This document shows, one piece after another, positions 35,531-48,218 of a stretch of DNA of 64,000 bases. This stretch comes from Hydrolagus colliei (lineage: Eukaryota), in assembly GCA_035084275.1 (NCBI GenBank), contig CM068763.1:7750001-7814000 (forward strand), written 5' to 3'. A program made the translations under genes and the position numbers. The notes under the pieces were generated by a model, which saw nothing but the letters and a program-made list of their open reading frames with translations, had not been told where the DNA came from and did not search any database. Numbering within the stretch: the stretch's first letter is position 1; each line of letters opens with the position of its first letter.

Positions 35531-38500
35531 CAGTCATTGTTCTCTCCACGTTTCAGTCTCACCACCGTGAGACTGTTGTGTAGGTTAAAACTCCAGGACA
35601 GGTCTGAGGTATAAGGTGGGGTAAGATATGAAGACACTTAAAAGTGCAAGCTAGAACAATCTAGTTTAGTGTCTCATCCAACAACAACAAAATTAAATTT
35701 TTAGAGCGCCTTTCACATCGGTAGGACATCCCAAGGCGCTGGACCAAAGAACAGCATCTCTAATAATATACACAAATATGTGCTCCACATGAGACTGGAG
35801 AATTGACAACCATAATCACAGAACAGAATAAGCTCCCTTTAATTCATAACCAGAATTCAAGAGTTCTTTTGTAAATAAACGTATTTGGTGGTACACAATC
35901 ACTCTAAAAGCAGCCTGGGCCATACAGTTGACCTCTGGATTCTCGCTCCAGTCGCCCCAGCTGGAAAGTGTTGATGCACTTAAGTTAGGTAAGAAGAGAA
36001 TTGGTGATGACAAGCTCCGACTGTTCTAACACATTTAGACTGACCACTTGTGTGAGGAAACAACACACGGCCACACCTGTGTATTTATGCTCAGCACAGC
36101 TCAGCTGCTGTGGGAAGCAGTGAAATGGAAGGTCAGTGTGTGAGACCATAGGGTTAAGTAGACAGTCAGCTCTGCTTTCACTGTACACTGTACATAGCTG
36201 AGATGATTGCAGTGCTGGGCTGTTCTTGATAGGATATGGGACTCTAAAACAACTAACACCTTTGAAAAGAAGCAGGAATGCAAGCCTGAGGCCTCGGTTA
36301 TTGTCATATACCCAGAGTACCAAAGGTCAGTCACAATTCCCTGGAGGCAAACTGGGACATTTAATCATTACCCAATAGCATGGAGGTGAAAGTGCACAGA
36401 GCCTATTGAGGTTTCTCCATACTGGCAGGGCAATCTCTGTGCTGACAGGAGCTGTCATTAGTGCACGTGTGTAGAACACATTCAGCTCACAGTGTGTTCA
36501 CGTTTGCACAAGCCAACACTGCAGCAGTCTCACAGGCTAACCCGGCAACACTGAGGTAGTCTCATCGTGCTCTCACCATGCCACTCAGGGGGTCTGAGAT
36601 AGCCAGAGAGCAGCTAACTGTAACTTTCCTCAACTGCAGAATACTCAAGCGCATCTTTATTCTGATAAAAATGCAACTTTTTTTTTAAGAATCAGATTTA
36701 ATGTTTGAATGCAATTTCAGAGAGCAAGCTTGCAAATTTCCCTAGTTTGCTGGACACCTGACATAGGGACAAGGCTGGAGTCGCTGTTCGGATTCACAAA
36801 GCATCTGCTCACTCTTTCAGTCTGTGGGGCTTCACAGGAGAGCAGTTCCCTCAGAGGCAGGAGCAAGCTCATTACACTGTCAGAAATCAATCGCACCCAG
36901 GACAGGATCTCAACCAATTACTCAAAATGAAAATACTTCAAATAACCTCTAATTGTTTAATGATTCAACATCGATGTTCTTTGGAACAATTACATGAATT
37001 TATCATTAAATGGTACACCCCAGTGTCAATGGATTTTGTAAACTCCAATTTATCACAGATGCCCAAAACAGCTCAGTAAGTGGCCGTCACTCGCTCGTTG
37101 ACTGAGCCGAGGCAGCAGACTTGGATTAAACATTAGTTCAACAGCTTCTTAACGTGAATATGGAATTCCAAGACTGTGGACATCTGCGAGCAGAATCCTT
37201 GAGACAGGGAAATATTGTTCCAGCCACTGATATGTCAAATCATCATCTGAAAACAAATCAGCATTAATACCCAGATATTTCAAGATAACATAGCAAGGAT
37301 TCCCCAGTACCCACTCTGGAGTCTTGCTCATTAAGAGGCATGGAAAGCAGACAATGTACTTTATGCATCGTCAGGCTTTGGCAATAGCTGAAAGCAAAGG
37401 GTACACCCACAGGGGTACCTTCCAGAGAGTTCCTAACCCCCTTATTGATCCTCCCTCCTCGAGATAGAAATGGGTTTGAAAGCTGCCCTGCCAGTGTTTT
37501 CAATCTTCCCTTCATAAGTTAGCTATCAATGTGTCGTTGTTTGACCTGGGACAGATTGCATTCTGGTGTATTTTGGTATAGCTGATTAAGATGGTCTGGG
37601 ACAGGGGTAATTCACACCAGAGGACTGGCTTAATAAAAAGAATGAAACCGTTCACAATCCTCTCACTGACTGCAATCGTGTCTGAGGCAACATCTCGATG
37701 ACCTAGCGGCAACGGGTATCACTTTATGCCTGATTGACGGTCAATTCATGAATTACCACAAAGGAAGAACGCAGGTGCACTCTAATCAAGACTGATATCT
37801 CCAATAAGCAGAGGATTGATGTGCACAAATCCTTCTCAAAATCTATGGCTTGAATAAACGTAAACATTTGAACTATCTGAATCATAAGATGCACACCCCA
37901 TCCAGTCCGTGGGTGCACCTTCTGCTTCAGAATGGTGTATTTGTAAGATTTCAGTATTTAGTAATAGCAGCCATGTGCAGAGAACCATGTTACTATACCC
38001 AGATGGCAGCCATTTGCTAGGACTTGGCCACTCAGTTTACAGGCTGCTGTAACAGAGTTGGACACTGCACAGATTTGGACTCAAATCTCAAGTTGATGGA
38101 AGTGTTGCACGCTTCAGACAGTACATGTTTAATTAATGCCGCAGCAATGAGGTGAGTAGCGAGCTCGGCACAGTTAAGATGTTGCACGATACAACATTGT
38201 GAATTCACAATAATTTAACTATTTTACTCAAAGGCAACCCTGATGCCAACAGCACTAGCTACAATAAATTAGACTTATAGACTTAGCTCAAATGTTTAGT
38301 TTTATATTTTGAAATGGTTAAAAAGACAGGAGATGTAGAGTGGATGTCTAAAAGTGGAAACAAACAGTGAGCATTAAACAGGGAAAATTAAGATTTAAGG
38401 ACACTTGACAAATGGCACAGGTGAACAGAAGCTTTTCACATTTTGGAAGAGTTTCAGAGGTGGCTAAAGGCTTGGAAAATTAATATGTATAATAGATATG

Positions 38501-41411
38501 CAATCAAATTTTATAGACAGTCATTTTGGGTGTAAATAAGTTGATATGATAAAACTGATCACTGGACAGTCACAAACTGACCAACTGAGATATCTAGCGG
38601 TGCTGAGCTTCACATTTTGCTGGAATCTGAATTGTTGGCACGAATATTAAATCTTCTATTTTTACTATGGTAAAACAGATTTAAAGATTGCAATGCCATT
38701 ACTTGCTAAAATCAAGGTTCTGGCACTCAAAGCTTCTACCCGTCTCCTCCTCACTAACTCTGCCTACCCGCCCACATCCCCTTCTTCTCCACCTCCCCAC
38801 AGGCTCGGTCCATCCCTCGCTTCTGCCCAATTCCTCCTCACAGGCTCAGATGGTGGTTAATTCACCGAGCTTCCTACATTCTTCAAAAAGCTGAATACAT
38901 TGATTTGGCAGAGCCAATTGCCACGGCAACGCTGCTTATTCCACCAGTCAACACTGGCGCACGCCTCGCTCTTCACAGCAGGTCAAAGGTCAGCTGCAGA
39001 GTCAATTACTACGAAGGAGACCGTCAGCTTTACAGAGAAGCCAAAAGCATCCTTTAACATCTAATTCTTTCCTCACTGTGGTGCAACACCCAAAGATCAC
39101 AAACAATGTGCAAACCTGCAACCCAATCTCTTCCTTTAACTATATGTGTAGGCCTTTCCACCAAAAATAAAAACAACCAGCTTCTCTTTCCTACCCCATC
39201 CAATTATACAAACCCAGCTTCTTCCTTCTCCCCCTCCATCAACCTGTGATTTGGAACATCAGTCTTTTCGTAGGTTACTTTATCCATTCCTACCCACTGT
39301 CTGTCATGATCTGGCCCAAAACAAAATTGGCATTGAACATAGTAAACCCACAGCCAGTGTTTCCTAATCACTCGTAGGAACCATAGATATAATGGCCTTT
39401 TACAGGAATGCTATTTACAGAACATGTATTTTCAGTTCATTGAAAAGTGAGTGCAGATACTGTATATGTGTACTGTATTCTAAGGGCAGGAGAGAACCGA
39501 AGGAAGCATTTTCCTGTGTATTTTTCTCTTCCCCCACACCCCAGTATACTGTAGTGTATCCAAAAATGTAAACTATACATGCAAATGTTACCCAAGTACC
39601 ATTGTCAAGTTACGATAACTGATGGTAACCGGAGACGCAAGCAGGGGAAAGAGTTACCCGGGAGCTTGCTTCACGTCACCCTGGATGCATGCACAGCAAG
39701 GCAGTTACAGAGCATCACTCCAAGCAGCTGCACCAGATGGTCACTTATCCGCACACCAGATAACCACATCTCCTCACTGAGCAGCGGGGCTCATTTGCAG
39801 AAATCAAGTCTGAAGTCAGGTTAAAATCAACTCAGTGAAATTATTTTTTTAAATTTTTTTTAGTTGTAGCAAGGTTTGCAATTTGACTTAAGCAGAGGTC
39901 TGAAGGTGGAGCATTCTGATCTTGATTAAGTATACACCAATAGAGATACACACCATCTGCCTGGCAAAACACATACAAATGGGTGCAGTTGAGATTAGAA
40001 GAAAGCACTTCCCCCACTTCCCCCCACCACTTCTAGAATATGCAGTATATCCAAAACAGTAAACGATCGATGTGGCTAACACAAGGACTATCCCCAAACA
40101 CATGTTTGGCACTCCAAGACACCACTGTGCATGAAAGGTGCTGTATAAATGTCAGGGAAAATAATAAGAAATAAACAGATGCTGTTTTTCTTTTAAAAAA
40201 AAGTTTTAGTTCAGGCCACGTATGGTGCTTTTAAATCTGTGCTCATTTAACATGACTTACATGCCCAGGGATCAGGTCTGAAGCCTCAGTGCTATTCCCA
40301 GGTCACACGGCCTTGGCCCAGCACGTGCTTTCCTCAGCTCAGAATACAAAGCATCCCATCCCCCTGCTCAGAGGCCTTCTGTAGGGCATATCCAAAGCGT
40401 ATAATTAAAATGAACGTGGGGGGGGGGGGCAGGAGGAGGGATTTGAGAGGTTTGGTGCCCCCATCAGCCAGTGCTCACCTCCCCAACACTGGTAACTGAA
40501 ATGTTACAAGATAGAGCAGAAATGGTCTGCCATATCCTGGTCATCAGCCTTGACTGCACATTGTTAAGATTAAATTCAGAGCATTTGATACAACCACAGC
40601 AAAGCCTCAGTGAACAGCACACCCTCACTGCTGCGCTGATGCAAGCACAAGTGGCTGTAGTCATTTACACCTCCGAAGATTAATGCAGTGTGATTTTTTT
40701 TAAAAACCGTAAAACTGAGAAAAATAGATACAAAGCTGAGTGTAAGACGCCAGGGCCCTGACACAGTATAACACATGTAAACAGGAACCAGGCCCCTGAA
40801 GCGAGGCACTAGAATAGCAACAGGAAATGGGCCCCGAATGCTGAATAAGACTCCACAGCCAGTGGCGTGCAGGCATCAACTTGAGAGGTGGAACAGCAGA
40901 GAGAGAAAAAAACCACACCACACAAGAGTGCATATCTGCTGATCGCAAAGTAATCACACATTGCCCAGCGTAAAATCGGATAGCTTATCCTGTGCAGTTA
41001 GTCAGCGGTTGCATGTTGAAACCTTCCCACTAAACTAGGGTTGGGGATTTCCCTGCAACACTAACCTCATCTCCTTATCCACCTAATCAAGTATTTGCCA
41101 TGAAAAACAGCAAGTGGCAAGTAATCACTCCCCCACTGCCATATGCATCTTTGTACCACTAACAAACCCAGTTTGCTGCATTTCCCGTAAACCGAGTTAT
41201 CACCACCATACACACCCATCACCACACTGGATTAGACACCTATCATCTCCTCTGTCACAACCCATAATAATCACAGCACAAAAAGCTAGTAATTGCAGCT
41301 GTTAACTCCTTAAAACAGCCTAAACTCGTTGAAGTTCTTCCACATAAGTGGAGGTATCTGTGCAGGCTGGGACTAGTGCACCAGTTCATTTATGGATTTA
41401 TTACTTACACC

Positions 41412-41963
41412 TAGAGTCCGTCGATATGGAAATTTTCCGATTTAGATATATCGATATTTTGGGGGTTTTCGTACTGCGCATGCACGCACATTCGGAGGTG
41501 CATGAACATTCGGGGCCTATCTCCTCAGGAGGTAATATCTCTCTCTCTCTCTGTGTCTCTCACACTCACTCTCTCCATCTCTGTGTTTTTCTGTCTGTGT
41601 CTCTCTCCTCTCTCACATCCCCCCCATCCATCCATTATCACATCCACCCCGTCTCCCCCCCTCCCACCCATCCCTCTCCCCCCCCCCCCCCCCCCCCACC
41701 AGTCCCTCTCCCCCCCCACCCGTCCTTCTCTCCCCCCCCACCCGTCCCTCTCTCCCCCCCCCACCCGTCCCTCTCTGCCCCCCGCCGCCACCCCTCTCCC
41801 CCCCCCCGCCGCCACCCCTCTCCCCCCCCTGTCACCCCTTTCTAACGGCCCCCGCCCTTCTCTTCCCTCCCCCCGTCCCTCTCTTCCCCCACCCCCGTCC
41901 TTCTCTTCCCTCCCACCGATATGAAAAGTATATCGGATATAACCGATATATCGCCGGACCCTA
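41412..41963. mobile_element. Non-autonomous hAT-type DNA transposon (MITE), 552 bp
   Basis: TIRs TAGAGTCCGTCGATAT and ATATCGCCGGACCCTA (14/16 complementary); identical 8-bp TSD CTTACACC at 41404-41411 and 41964-41971; subterminal CGATAT repeats. Confidence 0.88.
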
Positions 41964-42536
41964 CTTACACCTAACCAGTATTTGCAGTTACAGTACCAGC
42001 TGAATGTGCAAAGCACAAAATTGACACTCAACAAACTTACATTCAATATTGAGACAATATTGAATGTGCACAATTATTTATTGTCCCACATGAAACTATC
42101 CTCTTTCTCACTCACATTCACACTCAATTGTGCTCACACTCACTGTAACTAGAGATACAATTGCTCAGCATGTTCACACTGACTCACACTTTGTAGAATA
42201 GTGGAAGGAAGATGAAAATGAAATTTACAAAGCTACATTTCTCCAATGTGAAGAAGGATGGGAGATAGAGAGACGGAGAAAATAATGCAATAACCATGAC
42301 TCAAACATGTAAGAGACACCAACATCTCGCTAACGAGAAAGCTCCATTGGATAAAACCCTTCGCTGGTAGTCAATTCAGTTACCATATGGAAACACCAAA
42401 GCATTATCCAAATCCTAGTTCTTTAACTCCAGAAAACATAACTACCTAAACTGCACCAACCACAGCTTCCTTTCACTTCATTTGTTTTGAAGTTAAAAGT
42501 TTACCCCCAATAATCTTTATTCCGTGACTGGTCAGG

Positions 42537-42860
42537 AATAATAATAATAATCCTTGCATTTGATATAGCGCTTTTCACATCTTATCGATGTCCCAAAGCG
42601 CTTCACAGAATATACTGTAAAGTGAATTGACTGTATATTTGTGGGCGAATCGCGGCAGCCAATTGCGCACAGCAGTGTCTCACAAACAGTCGTGGATTGA
42701 AATGACCAATTTTATTATTGTGGGTTTTTTGGACAGATTATTATTAGGCGTGTGGAGTAAGGAAACTTGCCCAAGGTTTCGCCCTGACCTGCCTGGATTC
42801 GAACACAGGTCTCCCCAGCTTGCAAGATAAGTGCTCTAACCACTGAGCCGCAGGAGCTCC
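42537..42860 (-). mobile_element. tRNA-derived SINE, well preserved
   Basis: Minus strand ggctcagtggttagagcac...gtgttcgaatcc (intact B box), standard body, (att)n tail. Confidence 0.85.
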
Positions 42861-45800
42861 ACTGGAGAAAATAAATTACCGATTCCAGAAAAGTTCAACA
42901 GATATTCCGATGAGATGCAAGAGTTGAGGGGAATGACCCAAGGCTGCAAGGAATCAGTCTTTACCACACACATATTATGATCAGTAAATTACCACGTTGA
43001 CAACAGAATAATGTACAATATTTGCAACCAGCAACCCTTTCGAACTCTTGTCCACCCAAGTCTACAGAGGATTCTCCAGAACACACCAGGATTCGCTCAT
43101 TGCAGATTCTCATCCGATTCTTGCTATCAGCCAACGTACAGTACAGTTGGACAAACAGCACAATAATCAGTGCCATGCCCGCCACACAGCCACTTCCCCA
43201 GTGTCAACTGTCTGATGAAACAAAACACTTCACATCATCAGCTATAAGAAATCACTGAGCAGCAAAGTATGGATACAATGCATGGTGGAGAAACATGTCC
43301 CACACAACTGGCCTCCTAAAGGGGTCACAAGATCAAAACTACCATACCTTCACTTGACATATCCTCCAATTTACTGCTGGAGGAACCACACCTTATAACA
43401 GAGTACTTCATTTCAAGGGCAGTCTTGCTAATGAAGCAGGCTACAATCATACAGGGACAGACAGAAACATCAAACCATGGATCTCTCCAGCAGTAGTGGA
43501 AACGTGGCACATGTAAGGTACTAGCAGGGGCTGAGGCACAAAGCAAGAACAAAATAAAACAAGCTCCTCTTGCACGGCAGATGAGTGCAGCAGGAGGAAT
43601 GCCGGGAAAAATCAATCTCTGCTTTAGCAGCAGTGTATCGAGGGCAGTGGCTGAGAGGAATGCAAACCGGAGCAAACACAATCCCTTCAGCAAATTCCTC
43701 AGCACTCACCAAATAAATACATTTGAGCTTTTGGTCTGTCCTGCCTCAGAGTTTCAACCGAACAAAAGATCCTGTAGACCTCTTCATTTAAGAATTTTTC
43801 AAGAAACTAAGAAATTCTAAGATTTCTCTCTGTGCAATGTTAATCTCTGAAATGCAGAAAAGAGAGGTCTGGGACTTAACTGAACCTGGGTCAGAAGGAG
43901 CTTTACCACCTCAGAATTTACAAAACACAATTGCAAAATAAAAAGGAAACTGATCTAAGCCCGCCTGTAACAAAGCTTTGTTCATCACAGCTTGGCGTTC
44001 ATGTGTTAAGACGTGAAGCTTCATTGCTGGCCCACATTCCAGTCCCCCTGTGCTCAAGCAGCGAGTTCCCTCTGCTTCCCAACACACATGGTGCCACAGC
44101 TCAGACACAAGACTGTGCAGAATACACAAGGTCAGACTTGTGCATGAACAGAATACACTACACAGCCAACTGAACATTCCCTGATCTCAGTGGCTTTAAC
44201 AATCTCAATGGCATGCTTTACACACAGTACTGTACCTGTACTTCCAACCGAAGCGTCAGGAAATCAAACCTACATTATTCACAATACAGCTCGCCTCATT
44301 TGCATTAACAGTACCACTGTCTCTGGAAGACATCAAAAAATAGTTACTTGTCCAAATCAGGCCTATTAATCTAGGCTACACTGGTTCAATACAAAGCTGC
44401 ACAGAAACGTTTAGGCAGCTGGGTTTACATCTCCTGTAAATCAAATAGCCCTGAACAATTCTTTTGCCATAAGACTGATGGTGAATAATGTAGACCTGAT
44501 GTACTTGGTCCCAGGGACAGGTAACAAATAATCTGTACTTGCCCCAGTGTATTTTAGCCTGTCTCGGACCTCCAGGAGGGTGCTTATTTCGATCTCTGTA
44601 ATGCATTGCTCCAGATGCCTAAAATGGCTGCCCTATAAAATGGATGCGAAAATATTGAGGAAAAAGAAGCCAGGGACAATAACAAATTCAACCTCTGGGC
44701 TTCATGATCAACTTTTAGGGATGAAAACTTTCAAACACAGAAGACCCATCACAACAATTAAGAGATCTGTACTCATGCAGACTAACCCAGAGTGTTCTGT
44801 ATTTAAGAAAGGAAAGGATCTCTGCCTATTCCTCAGCATTAGCTTTCTGATACTTGCACACTAGACACAGAACAGAGTGTTGTGCCTGAAAAGAGGCTAT
44901 CTCAACAAGTTGATTGTCAGGCATTCTTCGGACCACATGAAATGCTCTTGACAATACACCCAATGCTGCTTCCTTGTGCACAAAATATGACCCTTTTTCC
45001 ACTCTCTCTTTCTGTTTTCTCCTTTTATAAGGGAACGGTGCAATAGAGCATTGCTCACAAGGTGGCATTAGTACAGAGACAGTGAACTATCAAGTGCTAC
45101 TCCATCACAAGAGTATCCTCATCAGTCATCAGATGTGAAACATCTGCACCAAATGCTCCATATTAGAGCAAGTTACAGGTCTCTGCAGCAGCACCTTTAT
45201 GTACCCTCTCCTCTGACGGCGTGTGGAATAACTCAAGTCAATACAACTTGTAACCCAGTACCCTTGTGGATTTAAAACTCTGTCTGGATTATAGCTGCAC
45301 AGATGTTGATACAATACTGACCATCAAAATTTAAATCTACATTGGTCAGTCAATACACTGGATATGTTTAGCAGCACGTTTTAGATTTAAAATCATCTCC
45401 CAGATCTGGACAGCTCCCCTAGTACTTCTCTCGTACCCCTGCACAGATCAGCACTCTTTTCTCTTTCTATCACAACCATTCTACTCTCCAATGCATTAAT
45501 ATATTAACACTATGGCTATTACTCCATTAATCCTTTACCCAAATTACAAAAATACCATCCTACACTCCTGTGTTGAAATAAGGATTCAATCCCACCATCT
45601 CCTGCTCTAATTAATTAATTAATTCATTCATTCCCAGGAGCCTGAGTTCATGTAAATCCTTCGCTCTTATAATCTAATCTTTAAAAACCCAATCTACCCC
45701 AGGTTTCTCATTGTTTAATAAATATAACTACGTCCAAATCAGGAACACAACAGGTGTGAGGTCCACTAATCCCATGAGTACAGTACCACCAACAAAATGA

Positions 45801-46149
45801 ACCAAAAGAGAAAGAATGTTTGCACACATAATTTGAATATTACAAAAAGTGTTACAGAACAGTACACAGAGCCACAGAACAATTCAAGGAACACCTGGAA
45901 CATGTAGTAATTGGCTATTCTAATGGCTAGATTCGGGACAAATATACTGATCGTCTACTGGTAAAACAGATTTAAGGGAAGGAGAAAGAAAAGGGGAAGT
46001 AATCAACAATTTAGCATCTACCCCCAACAACAATTTACAGTCTAGCCCCAACACACACCCAATTCTGACCTCACACTTGTGCTGTCTGTTACACATAAAC
46101 ATCAGTTAATATCTACAACAGACTGTGAGCAGGAAAAATAAGTACTTAC

Positions 46150-46263
46150 CGGCAAACTGGATGGACGTCCCTGCTGCATCAGGGTCAGCTCCTCCTGGCT
46201 GGGTTTGTTGGAAGTCAATGCCTGTGGAGGCTGAGTTCCGAATGCTTCCTGAGACATGTCCTG
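46150..46263 (-). CDS. ARID1A: ARID1A exon 4 (start 46263 or 46260, tandem acceptor)
   Basis: (Q)DMSQEAFGTQPPQALTSNKPSQEELTLMQQGRPSSLP joins exon 5 [10 protein letters not shown]; gtaagt donor. Confidence 0.92.
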
Positions 46264-46654
46264 CTGCAAAACAAACTGTGAATTACAAAGTATCTAAGCA
46301 GCCAAGGTCTATCACTGTTGGAAACCTGAGCGAATCCAACTTTCCAAAAGAGGTCAGTCAATGCTGATATGTGGTCAAATAAAGGCATTTGAATGGAAAG
46401 GACCTCAGCCCTTTTTCCTCACCAATTTTACTATCGAATTGCAGCCAATCTCAATACTCTTCCAGGAATATCATTTTCACTTTGCCTTGAGCAGGAGACT
46501 AAAGGTTACTTTAGTGAGGAAACACAACAGCTGTACAAATCCATGTGTAGGTTACACAGAAGACTTATGATGGCTTGATATTGATGGGGAACACATTGGG
46601 CAGAGAACATGAGCTGAAGGAAAGCAGTTCCTATAACCTAGGTCCAGAACTTAC

Positions 46655-46768
46655 CTGCTGTAGTGGGAATCGTTGTTGTTGAGGGTAGGAAGGCTGCTGC
46701 TGGTTGTAGTAAGGCGTCTGGCCCTGCTGACAGTAACTGCCTGCACCCTGTTGGCTGTATGGAGCCAT
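46655..46768 (-). CDS. ARID1A: ARID1A exon 3 (short, 38 codons)
   Basis: [38 protein letters not shown]; ctctacag acceptor, gtaagt donor. Confidence 0.9.
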
Positions 46769-46930
46769 CTGTAGAGAAGGGGAAAAAAAATCTAGTTGGA
46801 AATAGAAGCTTGGAAATGTATCACATCCCAAGAAAATTAGTCAGAATTTCACTCCTTTACGCAGATGAAAAGCAACAGCAAGTAAAATACAAATAATCGA
46901 TAACAAGAAATCATATTTCTATAATGGCTT

Positions 46931-47150
46931 TCAGGTTAGGAGGACATCGTAAGACGCTGGACACTTAAGGTTTTCCACCTGAGCTGGAGGTGGGAAATCA
47001 AGGTGGCTAAAGGCAAGGAGAGTGCATCCATGAATTGTGATGCTGTCAGCACCTGAGGTGAGGAGGTGGTGATGGGTGCTAAACAGGAGGGCCTCAGTTT
47101 TGTCGATATTCAACCAGAGAAAGTTATCTCTCATCAAAATATAAGGGAAG
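46931..47150 (-). mobile_element. L2-like LINE fragment
   Basis: NFLWLNIDKTEALLF...ITIHGCTL, similar to the 12838-13086 fragment. Confidence 0.65.
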
Positions 47151-48002
47151 CGAATAAGCTTGACTGCCACTCAAAGCATTTGCCTTCAGTCACAGACATC
47201 CTGCTGTGAAGCTTGAAGCACCACGTGGTGCTAGAGTAGCTACAGATCTCAGATTGTATGGCGGACATGAGAGAGAGACACACACTCACAAAAAATCATA
47301 AATGCCTTCGTTGTTAATTAAAATGCTGTGTTTAGGAGGCAGTTTGGGGGGGAATTACTATTAGCTCATAGGAAATAGATTGTGCAGCAATACCACTAAC
47401 TACTCCCTCATTTGTACTCCGTCCTTCAGCAAATGCCATCTCCGGGCATATGCAGCTGTGTAGAACCAATCAAACATAGTCACATGGAGTGATAGAACAT
47501 GGAGTGTTCCAAGACAGGTAGAGTGACAGAAGAACACTGCAGACTTGTAATGTCCACTGCATTTCATAATGGCAGACACTTCTAAAACAGTATAAACAGT
47601 TTCAGTGTGTAACCAATCCAAGTACAGTACAATGCAACACCTTTGCAGGTAATAGCAAGGTGTAATGTATTGATTCACCTGATTACCACCACATTCCCTT
47701 TTTACTTGGTTTCTAATTCCTTAAAGTGATAGAAGGCCCTGATTTTAATACGGGGGAATAATCCACAGCTCTGTTCCAATTGAATGTAAGCACGGGGACA
47801 TCACAAAATGGAACCTAAAGATTTGCTTCTTTCAGTACTGACCATACTTGTTTCTCTAATACATATGTGTTGTCAGTGTTCTCAAGCTCCCCCAAACTGA
47901 GAAATAAAGGACATGTCCGTAACTGATTTCCAGTGTTTAACACCAATCAGACAAATTTATAAAATGATCATCCTGGTTATGACTTTGCCACCAGCTCTGT
48001 AC

Positions 48003-48218
48003 CTGTTGTGGGTACTGCATCCCGCCACCCATGGTGCCTTGGGTCCTGCCCTGCGCACCCACAGGATAGCGCTGAGACATTGGAGGTCCATACGGTTGTC
48101 CTGGGTAAGGTCCGCTCTGCTGCGGTGGTGCCTGCTGAGGCTGCTGTGCATATGGATTATTATTGCCACCATACGGCTGAGGTCTCTTCATCCCCATCTG
48201 GTCCATAGGACTAGTCGG
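48003..48218 (-). CDS. ARID1A: ARID1A exon 2 (exon 1 lies beyond the window end)
   Basis: [26 protein letters not shown]...[35 protein letters not shown]; ttttccacag acceptor, gtacag donor; 216 nt. Confidence 0.93.

Noticed and set aside
41348-42073. Pro-rich and Gly-rich ORFs on both strands
   Set aside because: Arise from the low-complexity interior of the MITE; no transposase motifs.
42790-42860. tRNA gene-like sequence (A and B boxes); also at 4300 and 28748
   Set aside because: No proper acceptor stem or terminator; continues into a SINE body and tail.
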